From the IMG/VR virus record IMGVR_UViG_3300046779_000192, positions 1-37,721 of that record: a stretch of 37,721 nt of DNA, one strand, 5' to 3'. The translations under genes were made by a program, and so were the position numbers. Of the stretch, positions 24,759 to 32,971 are shown in pieces (the first letter of the stretch is position 1; every line of letters begins with the position of its first letter). The stretch is from a virus (lineage: Duplodnaviria > Caudoviricetes). The notes beneath the pieces were generated by a model. It searched no databases, had not been told where the DNA came from, and saw only the letters and a list, made by a program, of their open reading frames with translations.

Positions 24759-26222
24759 ATGGCAACAATGCAAGATATTGGCGGTTTACTTTTTGGTCAG
24801 GGTGGTACTGGCCTTGAAGATTACTTGACGGCAGCGCAACAAAAGCAAATGCAACAGCAAGGCTTGCTGGCTGCGTCTGCTGCTTTGCTTTCTGCCAGCG
24901 GCGAGCGTCCTGTTGGTCAAGGCATTAACCTTGGTCAAGCAGTTGGCGGTGCTTTAATGGCTGGTCAGCAAGGCTACAACCAAGCGCAGCAGGGAGCAAT
25001 TGCTAACTTAATTACAAAGCAAAAACTTGCTGAAGCAGCTCGTACATTAAAAGCTCAAGAGCAAGTTGCAAAGATTCTTGGCGAAACACCGCAAGCTCCT
25101 CAAGGCGCTCCAATAACACCAGATCAAGCAATCTCTGTTTCTGGTATGCCTGTTGGCCCAACAGTGCAACGCGCAAGTCTGATTGGTCAGCCTAGTGCTG
25201 TTCCTGCTCAATCAAATGAGCAAATCAAGTTTAATCAGTACATGAGAGTTGCTGATATGTATACGGCACTTGGCAAAGGTGAGGAAGCCAAGCGTTATCA
25301 AGACATGGCTTATCAAGTCAAGCCACGCGAAGAAATCACAGGTCAGCCATTTGAGGTTACACAAAACGGCAAGCCGATCATGGTTCAGCAGTTTAAGTCT
25401 GGTCGCATCCAGACAATGGAAGGTTTCGGTCCTAAGCGCGACATTGTGCTTCAAGACCTTGGTGGCCGTGTTGTTGCAGTTGACAAGTCAAAGGTTGATG
25501 TCGGTACGTCTTACGGCAAGACATTGGCTCCTCAAGTTGTTGGCGGCGCTGAAACTGGCTATTACGCAATTGGCGGTGGCGGTGGTGGTGTGACTCCAGC
25601 TCCTATTGGCGGTCAGCCTCCTGCTGCAACTCCACCATTGGGTTCAAGCATCATGCGTCAGCCTCAAGGACAGGTTGTGCCACCATCACTGCCTGATTCT
25701 GTGATTCAGCCACGCGCAACTGGATTACAGCCAATCATTGCTGGCACAGGTACAAAACCATCTGCTGAATTTATGAAGGCATCCAAGCAGTTGAACGACT
25801 TGGAAGGCGCATTGAAGGACTACAAGTCTGAAATTGCAGCAGACAAATGGGTGATTCCAAAGAACATCCCATTGCCATTCTCTGAAACTGGAATCCCATT
25901 GCCAACTGGTGCTGACACAGCCCGTGTTGCTGGTAAATACAACTCGCTCTTAATGGGTGTGAAAAACTTGTATGAGTTGGGCGCATTGACTGGTCCAGAT
26001 ATGTCAATCATTGAACGTCAATTGACTAACCCTGCTTCATGGGCTGGTTTGCTTACTAGCAAAAACGCCATGAATGAGCAGATCACAATTCTTGAAGATA
26101 TGCTGACACGGGCGAAAGAAAACTTGTCAACGTCATACCGTCAAACAGTTCCTTCTGCATCAACGGCTGGTGGCACACGCGAATTCGTCTGGCAGAACGG
26201 TCAACTGGTTCCAAAAAAATAA
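24759..26222 (+). CDS. Putative ejection / internal virion protein
   Basis: 487 aa; Gln/Gly/Ala-rich N-terminus; C-terminal LGALTGPD helical domain. Confidence 0.65.
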   Translation: MATMQDIGGLLFGQGGTGLEDYLTAAQQKQMQQQGLLAASAALLSASGERPVGQGINLGQAVGGALMAGQQGYNQAQQGAIANLITKQKLAEAARTLKAQEQVAKILGETPQAPQGAPITPDQAISVSGMPVGPTVQRASLIGQPSAVPAQSNEQIKFNQYMRVADMYTALGKGEEAKRYQDMAYQVKPREEITGQPFEVTQNGKPIMVQQFKSGRIQTMEGFGPKRDIVLQDLGGRVVAVDKSKVDVGTSYGKTLAPQVVGGAETGYYAIGGGGGGVTPAPIGGQPPAATPPLGSSIMRQPQGQVVPPSLPDSVIQPRATGLQPIIAGTGTKPSAEFMKASKQLNDLEGALKDYKSEIAADKWVIPKNIPLPFSETGIPLPTGADTARVAGKYNSLLMGVKNLYELGALTGPDMSIIERQLTNPASWAGLLTSKNAMNEQITILEDMLTRAKENLSTSYRQTVPSASTAGGTREFVWQNGQLVPKK

Positions 26223-26231
26223 GGACTCATC

Positions 26232-28043
26232 ATGGTTCAAAAAGTAACAATTCCTGATGTTGGCGTGGTTGAGTTTGCCGACAGCATGAAGCCAGAAGAT
26301 ATTGCAGCAGCCATTAGATCAATTACTGGCGGCGCTGCACCAGCTCCTAAAGCTCCACAAACACCTACGCAAAAGATTCTAAATTCACCTATTGGCGGTG
26401 TTATTCGTGGTCTGCGTGATGTGCCTGATGCTGGCGCTCAGTTGCTTACTCGCGGCCTTGAAGCTGTTTCTCCTGCTGGTTCTAGCATGGAAAGATTCAT
26501 GCAAGAGGAACGCAGACGAGTTGAGGACATCAACCGTCAAGCTGAACAAGCGTATCAGCAAGATTGGCGGCAGGGTCAGATGAAGCAAGGCGAGATGGAT
26601 GTTGGTCGCATTGGTGGCAACATTGCCACAGCGATCATGCCTTCAACTGCTGCTGTTCGCGCTCTTGGATTGACTCAGGCTCCAGTTCGCGCTGGCGCTG
26701 TATCTGGTGCAATTGGCGGCGCAATGCAGCCAGTTGCAGCGCCACAAGATATGTCAACTGCTGACTTCTTTACGGAAAAAGCAACACAGATCGGAAGTGC
26801 TGCTGCTCTTGGCGCTGGTGCTGGTTATCTTGGTGACAAACTCTCACGCGCTGTATTTGGTCGCGGAGCGCCAACAACTGCACAAGCAGGAACAGCAACA
26901 GGCGGTCAGGCTGGTTCAGCTCAAGCATCAATCAGTGCAACTCCAACAGCGCAAGCAACTGGTGGAGGTGTCAACTTAGGCGCTGTGACTCCTGAATCAA
27001 ATGCTGCACTTACTGCTGCGCAGCAATCAATCTTGCAGCGCGGTAAAGCTCTTGGCTTTAAGACAACACCAGCACAGGAAACTGGCTCACGTTCTTTGTT
27101 GCAGATGGAAGCGCGTATGGAGTCAAGCCCATTCACGTCAGCGCCATTTAATGCCATCAAGCAAGAAAACCAGAAGGTCTTGAATCGCGCTACGGCTGAA
27201 GCCATTGGCGTTAAAGCAGACGAGTTGAGCAACCCTGTATTGGCACAAGCACAGCGCAATATTAGCGGTGTGTATCAGCGCATTGCAACACCAGAGTTAA
27301 AGAAACTCGACAGCATGACAATGTTGAACAATATTGATTTGGTGGATAACGCTTTTGAAGGTCTGACAACTCAGCCATTGAAGGCAAATATCTTCGTCAA
27401 GCAATTGCAAGACTTGGCAATGAAGGGCGAGGCCAGCGGTGTGCAGTTGCAGAATCTGTCATCAAAGATTGGTAAACGCGCCAAGAATGAGATGACTACT
27501 GCGATGGGTGATCGTGAACTTGGCAATGCCTTGTTTCAGCTCAAGGAGATGGTTGACGATGCGTTGCAGTCTGGCTTGTCTCAGGCAGAGCAACAAGCGT
27601 TTGCGCAAGCGCGTAACAACTACCGAAACCTGATGACGATTCGCACCAGCCAAGGCGTTGTGAATCCATCGTCAGGCAACGTGTCTGGTTTGAACTTGGC
27701 TTCTGCGTTGACTCGTAAAGACCCTAACGGGTTTGTCTTTGGCTCAAATCAAACGCCAATGTATGAAGCAGCTCGATTTGCTCAAGCCTTTAAGCCAATC
27801 GTTGGTGACTCAGGCACTGCAACTCGTTCAATGGAGTATTCACCAGTAAACGTGTTGTTGTCGATGCCTACAAACTTGGCGGCAAGAGCTTACACATCTG
27901 CACCAGTAACTGCTGCGGCTTCTCGTATGTCTTCTGGTGCTGGTGTAGCGCCAAACGCATTGACAGAATCTCAAGCAGCGGCATTGCGTAGAGCATTGCC
28001 AATCACTGGTGGTTTGGGAATCGCAGGACTCTTAGGACAATAA
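26232..28043 (+). CDS. Putative ejection / internal virion protein
   Basis: 603 aa; Ala/Gly-rich hydrophobic helices; GDSGTATR motif; ends GLLGQ. Confidence 0.65.
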   Translation: MVQKVTIPDVGVVEFADSMKPEDIAAAIRSITGGAAPAPKAPQTPTQKILNSPIGGVIRGLRDVPDAGAQLLTRGLEAVSPAGSSMERFMQEERRRVEDINRQAEQAYQQDWRQGQMKQGEMDVGRIGGNIATAIMPSTAAVRALGLTQAPVRAGAVSGAIGGAMQPVAAPQDMSTADFFTEKATQIGSAAALGAGAGYLGDKLSRAVFGRGAPTTAQAGTATGGQAGSAQASISATPTAQATGGGVNLGAVTPESNAALTAAQQSILQRGKALGFKTTPAQETGSRSLLQMEARMESSPFTSAPFNAIKQENQKVLNRATAEAIGVKADELSNPVLAQAQRNISGVYQRIATPELKKLDSMTMLNNIDLVDNAFEGLTTQPLKANIFVKQLQDLAMKGEASGVQLQNLSSKIGKRAKNEMTTAMGDRELGNALFQLKEMVDDALQSGLSQAEQQAFAQARNNYRNLMTIRTSQGVVNPSSGNVSGLNLASALTRKDPNGFVFGSNQTPMYEAARFAQAFKPIVGDSGTATRSMEYSPVNVLLSMPTNLAARAYTSAPVTAAASRMSSGAGVAPNALTESQAAALRRALPITGGLGIAGLLGQ

Positions 28044-28046
28044 ATC

Positions 28047-29615
28047 ATGGCAACGCAAAACCCGTACTCAAACTCTCTTTTGATGGATGCCTTTCGTGGC
28101 TCGTTGAGCAACGCAGAGTCGCTTGGTCGTGGTTTTGCTGTTGCGCCAGTTGGTTTGCTTGGTGACATCAACGCATTGGCGCGTCAGTATGTGACACCAC
28201 GTCTGCCACAAGGTGTGCAAAGCCTGTTGCAGTCAGCGCCAGCAGCACCAACAACTGAGCAGATTCTGTCCAACATTCCCCGTGTGTCTAATCCACGCAT
28301 GGAGACTGCTGGTATGGAGCAGCTTGGCGCTGCGATGAATCCACGGGGGCCGATTGATTTGGCGCGTGGTGTTGGTCGTGTTGCTGGTAATGCCATCAAT
28401 GAAGCAATGGTTTATGGTCGTGGTCCGTTGGCTTCGATTACGCCGCAGCCGATGCGGGTTATGCCACAAGGAGCTTCAAGCGTTACACCAGCAGTTGAGC
28501 AGCAAATGGCTAAAGAGGCTGCGGAACGTGCTGGACAATCATTAGACCCATATACAAGATCATTGCAGCAAGGCTATGAGCATGATTGGTATCACGGTGG
28601 TACTGGTGACATTACTCAATTTAGAAAAGATTTACTTGGTGAATCTACTAGTGCAGAGAGTGCAAAAAAAGGATTCTTCTTTGCGCGTGACCCACAAAAT
28701 CCACCAGAAGCAATGCTAAAAAAATCAACTGACCAAAGCTCAATTGATTTATTGAGAAAACTTGGAATATCTGAGGAAAAGATAGCTGAAGCAAACAAGG
28801 TTTCTATGGCTGGACATGGAGCAGAAACCGCTTCTGGATATGCGCAGATTGGTGGCTCAAGGCAATATAAAGAAGCAATGCGAAATGCAAACGCTGCTGA
28901 AAAAAAAGGAAATTGGGACGAATACGAAAAACAAATGGCTTTGGCTGAAGACATTGCCATTGGAGATCAGCGTTATTTACAAGACTTAACAGCAAAGTAT
29001 GGAGATCGTAGAGACGAGATGCTTTCAAGCATCAATGATTCAATTTACTCTAAGAAATTAGGTCAAGCAGAATCAGAAGCATTAGATGCAAAAGTAAAAG
29101 AACTAATGCCTTATGGTTGGTACAACAGTTTTGATAAACCGCAAATTGATAGTTTGAAAACGAAACTTGTTGGGTTGCTTGGTGATGATGGAGCAAAGCC
29201 AGCATTGAAAAAAATTGACGAATTTCAATCTATTAAAAACGAAAGGGCGCTTGCTGAAAAGACTCAAGAAGGAGCTAACGTGATGCCTGTTGCATTACGT
29301 TACAAAAATCCTCTTGTATATGATTTTCAAGGAAGCTCTTACAGAGATCAGACTTATGCTGATTTGGTTGACCAAGCAATCAGAGAAGGTAACGATGCTG
29401 TTATATTGAAGAATACATTTGACCCTGCTGGTAGTGCATCAAAACTAATTGATGTTGGTGTAATGCTAGAACCAAACCAAATACGATCTAAGTTTGCAGC
29501 CTTTAATCCTGAAAACATTAAATCTCCAAACATTTTGGCAGGGGCTGTTCCTTTAGGATTGATGTCAGAAGATTCAATGGACCAGATCGACATTAAAGGT
29601 CTTCTAGGACGCTGA
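28047..29615 (+). CDS. Putative injected protein with ADP-ribosyltransferase-like (ART-PolyVal-type) domain
   Basis: WYHGGT, GFFFARDP, ASGYA, NVMPVALRYKNPL, DAVILKN and VMLEPNQIRSKFAAF motifs in the expected order; ends GLLGR. Confidence 0.6.
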   Translation: MATQNPYSNSLLMDAFRGSLSNAESLGRGFAVAPVGLLGDINALARQYVTPRLPQGVQSLLQSAPAAPTTEQILSNIPRVSNPRMETAGMEQLGAAMNPRGPIDLARGVGRVAGNAINEAMVYGRGPLASITPQPMRVMPQGASSVTPAVEQQMAKEAAERAGQSLDPYTRSLQQGYEHDWYHGGTGDITQFRKDLLGESTSAESAKKGFFFARDPQNPPEAMLKKSTDQSSIDLLRKLGISEEKIAEANKVSMAGHGAETASGYAQIGGSRQYKEAMRNANAAEKKGNWDEYEKQMALAEDIAIGDQRYLQDLTAKYGDRRDEMLSSINDSIYSKKLGQAESEALDAKVKELMPYGWYNSFDKPQIDSLKTKLVGLLGDDGAKPALKKIDEFQSIKNERALAEKTQEGANVMPVALRYKNPLVYDFQGSSYRDQTYADLVDQAIREGNDAVILKNTFDPAGSASKLIDVGVMLEPNQIRSKFAAFNPENIKSPNILAGAVPLGLMSEDSMDQIDIKGLLGR

Positions 29616-29981
29616 CCCAAAAAACGCAGCAACCAACGGGTCGCGTTTGACTTTCCTTCTTAGCTGACGCTGACGAGCTAGGCGAAACGCCTTGCGCTCA
29701 ACGTCCTCTGTCTCTCGCAGCTTACGCCCACGCTCTGCCTGAGTCATTGGCCTTGGCTTCTTCGCGTCAACGCCAATGCCGTAACGGTAAGCAGCAGCAG
29801 GGATTGAGTTGTACTCAACCCTTCGCCACTCTTGGATGAATACCTTGCCTTCGCGGTAGAGCTTGGCAACAATCATCCTTGATGTACGGACATGGCAGTG
29901 GACAATGCCAGCCAGCTCCACAGCCGTGGATGGTTCATCCATGATGGCGTGAATGATGCGAGGACGAATGACGGAGTTCAT
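29604..29981 (-). CDS. Putative winged-helix DNA-binding protein
   Basis: STAVELAGIVHCHVRTSRMIVAKLYREGKVFIQEW resembles a winged HTH; basic C-terminus. Confidence 0.55.
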   Translation of the reverse strand: MNSVIRPRIIHAIMDEPSTAVELAGIVHCHVRTSRMIVAKLYREGKVFIQEWRRVEYNSIPAAAYRYGIGVDAKKPRPMTQAERGRKLRETEDVERKAFRLARQRQLRRKVKRDPLVAAFFGSAS

Positions 29982-30181
29982 CTCTTACGTCTTTCAATCT
30001 CACGATTGATGTACCAAGCAGCCTTTTCCAAGTCCTCAATGGCATCGTGCTTCAGGTCAGCTCTCCAGATGTACTTGACAGCGTTACCAAGGCAGAAGTT
30101 CATGTGTTCGGTCACTTGGATTGCTTCAATGCCTGACGGGTGCGCCGTGTAGTGCTTGGGGTGGTTTACGTTGTCTGTCAC
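29978..30181 (-). CDS. DUF3310 (SaV-like) family protein
   Basis: DNVNHPKHY, FCLGNAVKYIWR and EDLEKAAWY motifs; GTG start at 30181 overlaps the upstream stop. Confidence 0.8.
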   Translation of the reverse strand: MTDNVNHPKHYTAHPSGIEAIQVTEHMNFCLGNAVKYIWRADLKHDAIEDLEKAAWYINREIERRKR

Positions 30182-30357
30182 GTCTTGTCCTTGACTTGCG
30201 GTGAGCAAGTGTGAATCAAGTCTTTATGCAACGGCTGACCGCAGTCAGGACACAGCCTAAACTGTTCTGGCTCTTTCTTTTTGAAGATTGCGTCCCAGTT
30301 GGACGTTAATGTTTGATCGTCAATTTGCGGCTGTCGGCGTGTTGAACCTTTACCCAT
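30178..30357 (-). CDS. Small hypothetical protein with CxxC...HxC motif
   Basis: MGKGSTRR...NWDAIF...CPDCG...HTCSP; GGAG RBS. Confidence 0.6.
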   Translation of the reverse strand: MGKGSTRRQPQIDDQTLTSNWDAIFKKKEPEQFRLCPDCGQPLHKDLIHTCSPQVKDKT

Positions 30358-30359
30358 GA

Positions 30360-30662
30360 TTACTCCTTCACCCAAAGGCCATCAGCATTGAGGCTACCAG
30401 TGCGATCTTTGATCTCTTGATACGCCAGCTCAAAGCAAGTCTGAAGGTCAAGGTCAGCGATGGCAGCGCCCATCACCAAGGTCACAAGGATGTCGCCATA
30501 AGCGTCAGCCATTGCAGCCTTGTCCTTGCTGTGGATTGCTTGAAACAGCTCGTTGACTTCTTCTTGCGTCTTGTTGGCTTGCGCCAGCACTGTGCTGTGC
30601 TGCACGATTCCACGGGCTTCGCCCCACTGGATAACCTTCATTTCTGTTGATGCGTAACTCAT
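30360..30662 (-). CDS. MazG-like nucleotide pyrophosphohydrolase
   Basis: W...RG, K..EE..EL, DA.GD..VTL and EIKDR.G motifs of the all-alpha NTP-PPase family. Confidence 0.8.
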   Translation of the reverse strand: MSYASTEMKVIQWGEARGIVQHSTVLAQANKTQEEVNELFQAIHSKDKAAMADAYGDILVTLVMGAAIADLDLQTCFELAYQEIKDRTGSLNADGLWVKE

Positions 30663-31015
30663 TTTTTCTTTCCTTTCGGGGTGACGTTTGCTGTACCAGC
30701 ACGACTATAAATCTTGAAGTCTCTTGGCGCCAGATCAATGCGCTGCTTGGCTGTTAGTTTCTTTTGTTTCATCTCTGCCAGCTCATCCATGACTTGCGCC
30801 ATCGTCATGTCTTTGCCAATCTTACGTTTTGGCGCTCTCATCACATGAAGCGGAATTGTCTTGTCTTGGCTGCGCTTTCTGATTGTCAGATTAGCCATAC
30901 TCTGCGATGCCAGCTCGTACTTGTTTTGCTGCTTAACGTGCGCCAAGAACTCAGGCATATGAGTTTTCACAAAATCTTTATGAAACGCATTAACAATTTG
31001 ATTAGTCTCGGTCAT
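30659..31015 (-). CDS. Hypothetical basic protein (118 aa)
   Basis: ATG ORF tiled between neighbours with overlapping ends. Confidence 0.6.
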   Translation of the reverse strand: MTETNQIVNAFHKDFVKTHMPEFLAHVKQQNKYELASQSMANLTIRKRSQDKTIPLHVMRAPKRKIGKDMTMAQVMDELAEMKQKKLTAKQRIDLAPRDFKIYSRAGTANVTPKGKKK

Positions 31016-31145
31016 TTAGGGATTCCATTAAAAAAAGAGAAACAAGATACAGCATTGCTACTGCCACGAATGTAATAAAGCCAACGCCAAGCAAAAAGCA
31101 CAACAGCGCAATGTTGGAGATGTCTTCAATTGAAAAGTCTGTCAT
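31002..31145 (-). CDS. Small membrane protein (47 aa)
   Basis: MTDFSIEDISNIALLCFLLGVGFITFVAVAMLYLVSLFL; ATGA overlap with the upstream gene. Confidence 0.5.
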   Translation of the reverse strand: MTDFSIEDISNIALLCFLLGVGFITFVAVAMLYLVSLFLMESLNDRD

Positions 31146-31327
31146 GCTGCACCACCACGCTTGATGCGGCACTGGAGTGCGTAACCCCATACAACCCCCC
31201 AAATAATCCAGATGCAGCGGTCAATGTGCTGCCATAGCTCTGGGTTACGATTCCAGTTAAGAAGGCCAATCAGAACGTACACAGCAGCCAGCATGATTGG
31301 GTACGCGATAAGGTCGATGTACTTCAT
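31142..31327 (-). CDS. Small two-helix membrane protein (61 aa)
   Basis: Two hydrophobic stretches; overlaps at both ends. Confidence 0.6.
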   Translation of the reverse strand: MKYIDLIAYPIMLAAVYVLIGLLNWNRNPELWQHIDRCIWIIWGVVWGYALQCRIKRGGAA

Positions 31328-31509
31328 GTGTTGAGTTCCTTTAATCTTGCTTCAATGGCTTTGGCAAACTTATCTGCGTGTAAGTCATTGCCGATGGTGC
31401 AGTCATTTACAAGTTGCCAAATTTGCTCATCCGTCAGCCCGACCCACTTACGCTTTTCTTTCTTTTCAGGCAAGCGGTACGGGACTGTTACACCAATGGG
31501 TTTTCTCAT
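31324..31509 (-). CDS. Hypothetical protein with WVGLT...AIEA.LKE.NT module (61 aa)
   Basis: ATG at 31509 with AAGGAG RBS; shares its C-terminal module with the adjacent gene. Confidence 0.65.
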   Translation of the reverse strand: MRKPIGVTVPYRLPEKKEKRKWVGLTDEQIWQLVNDCTIGNDLHADKFAKAIEARLKELNT

Positions 31510-31877
31510 GTGTTCTTCTCCTTGAGTTTGGCTTCGATTGCTGGTGCAACATCCCAACCAACGCCATCGCACCCTTCAACAATTTCAGCCATCTCATCTT
31601 CTGTCAACCCAACCCATGTGCGTTGTTGTGGTGCTTTATCTTGATAGAAGTTTGCCAATCGACGGGCAAAGTCTTTGTCTATTGCGCTGTGGCGCATTAA
31701 GTTCTGCACCACCATGCTTCGCCATTCGCTCCAATCGTCCACAGGCTCACCCTGCTCTTGCTTTTCGGGGAAACAGCCTTCACAAAATGGGCCATCGTTC
31801 TCTGTGTATAGGGAATCTTCTCCAGCCCCAGCTCTACCTGTTGCGCAGCCGCATTTGCAGCAATATTCATACTTCAT
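31506..31877 (-). CDS. Modular hypothetical protein: Cys-rich N-terminus, KQEQGEPV linker, WVGLT...AIEAKLKEKNT module
   Basis: CCKCG...CEGC; AGGAG RBS; shares modules with both neighbours. Confidence 0.7.
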   Translation of the reverse strand: MKYEYCCKCGCATGRAGAGEDSLYTENDGPFCEGCFPEKQEQGEPVDDWSEWRSMVVQNLMRHSAIDKDFARRLANFYQDKAPQQRTWVGLTEDEMAEIVEGCDGVGWDVAPAIEAKLKEKNT

Positions 31878-32088
31878 GGCTTACTCCTGACAGCGCAACG
31901 CAACCAGCACGCGCTGTGCAACACCCCTCTTCACAACCAAAGCAATCACCCTGCTCTTGCTTGGCTAGTGCTTCTTTGAGTTTTTTGTTTTCTTCTTTTA
32001 GTTCATCAACACGTTTCCAAGCCGATTCCATTGCTTGATGTGCAAGTTGAATTTTTGTGATCATGTCCAATGCTTCTGACTGTTTCAT
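31867..32088 (-). CDS. Hypothetical protein: coiled coil, KQEQG linker, Cys-rich tail (73 aa)
   Basis: ATG at 32088 overlapping the upstream stop; GAGG RBS. Confidence 0.6.
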   Translation of the reverse strand: MKQSEALDMITKIQLAHQAMESAWKRVDELKEENKKLKEALAKQEQGDCFGCEEGCCTARAGCVALSGVSHEV

Positions 32089-32198
32089 AGCGGAGCCTCT
32101 GGCAGTTGTGCGCGTTGCTGTTGCGCGTGTTCTTTTATTTGCTTGTTTGTCCACGGTACTGGTGGACATGGCGGAAAAGGCCAATTAGTCGATGTCAT
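32085..32198 (-). CDS. 37-aa Pro-rich peptide (absent from the ORF track)
   Basis: MTSTNWPFPPCPPVPWTNKQIKEHAQQQRAQLPEAPL; fills the gap with overlaps at both ends. Confidence 0.55.
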   Translation of the reverse strand: MTSTNWPFPPCPPVPWTNKQIKEHAQQQRAQLPEAPL

Positions 32199-32334
32199 AG
32201 CACAGCCCTACTTCTGGTTCTGGTGGCTCAACGCCAGTTCCGTGGCACTTACGACAGGCTGCACCGTCATACATTCCCTCACCGCAGCCGCCGCACCAGC
32301 TACATGCTTCGTAGTCATCATCATTATCAATCAT
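32185..32334 (-). CDS. 49-aa DnaJ-type zinc-finger miniprotein (absent from the ORF track)
   Basis: MIDNDDDYEACSWCGGCGEGMYDGAACRKCHGTGVEPPEPEVGLCYDID contains two CxxCxGxG repeats; ATGA overlap. Confidence 0.65.
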   Translation of the reverse strand: MIDNDDDYEACSWCGGCGEGMYDGAACRKCHGTGVEPPEPEVGLCYDID

Positions 32335-32801
32335 GTCTTCTCCAATACTGGACGCGCCCTGCGCATCCTGATCTCTTTTGTCACAATGTCCATCGCCTTC
32401 TCAAGCTCACCAATGGTGGTGATCTCAAGCTGCGCGTCATGGATAAGCATTGTTTCAACAATCGCGGTCAGCTCTTGAGCCTTCAAGACAAACCTGTCAT
32501 CACGGTTCACGCCACGCTTGGCAGCGTCAAGCAAAGCATCCTGCCCTGCCTTGATCTCTGCTGCATAGTCGTCCCCTATCTGCATCCTTGCCAGTGCTTC
32601 AGCCATGTTGAACGCGCTGATGATTGCGTCAATGTCCATGCGCGTGGCTTCGCCCTTGCGCAGACACTCCAGTGACTCATGGTTCTTAATCTTCAAGTGC
32701 AGCACAGCGTCACCTGTCTGGCTGATGTTCCTGAAGCCATTGATAACCCACGTTGTGGCATCAAGGCGAACGCCTTTTGGTTTGTACTTCTTACGGGTCA
32801 C
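32331..32801 (-). CDS. Hypothetical helical protein (156 aa)
   Basis: GTG start overlapping the upstream stop; basic N-terminus RKKYKPKGVRLD. Confidence 0.7.
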   Translation of the reverse strand: MTRKKYKPKGVRLDATTWVINGFRNISQTGDAVLHLKIKNHESLECLRKGEATRMDIDAIISAFNMAEALARMQIGDDYAAEIKAGQDALLDAAKRGVNRDDRFVLKAQELTAIVETMLIHDAQLEITTIGELEKAMDIVTKEIRMRRARPVLEKT

Positions 32802-32971
32802 TGCTCTGGCTCCATGCGTTTGATCTGTTCGTTCAACGAGTCAATCTGCTGCTCGTATTCCTCAAGCTGCTTGACCAGATCGCACAGCAATGTTGCAATC
32901 TTTGATGGACCTTCAGCGTGGTACGCCTCCAGCTCACGTGCCATGAATAAGGCTTGTATGCGGTTGTTCAT
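32798..32971 (-). CDS. 57-aa coiled-coil protein (absent from the ORF track)
   Basis: MNNRIQALFMARELEAYHAEGPSKIATLLCDLVKQLEEYEQQIDSLNEQIKRMEPEQ; 4-nt overlaps at both ends. Confidence 0.6.
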   Translation of the reverse strand: MNNRIQALFMARELEAYHAEGPSKIATLLCDLVKQLEEYEQQIDSLNEQIKRMEPEQ

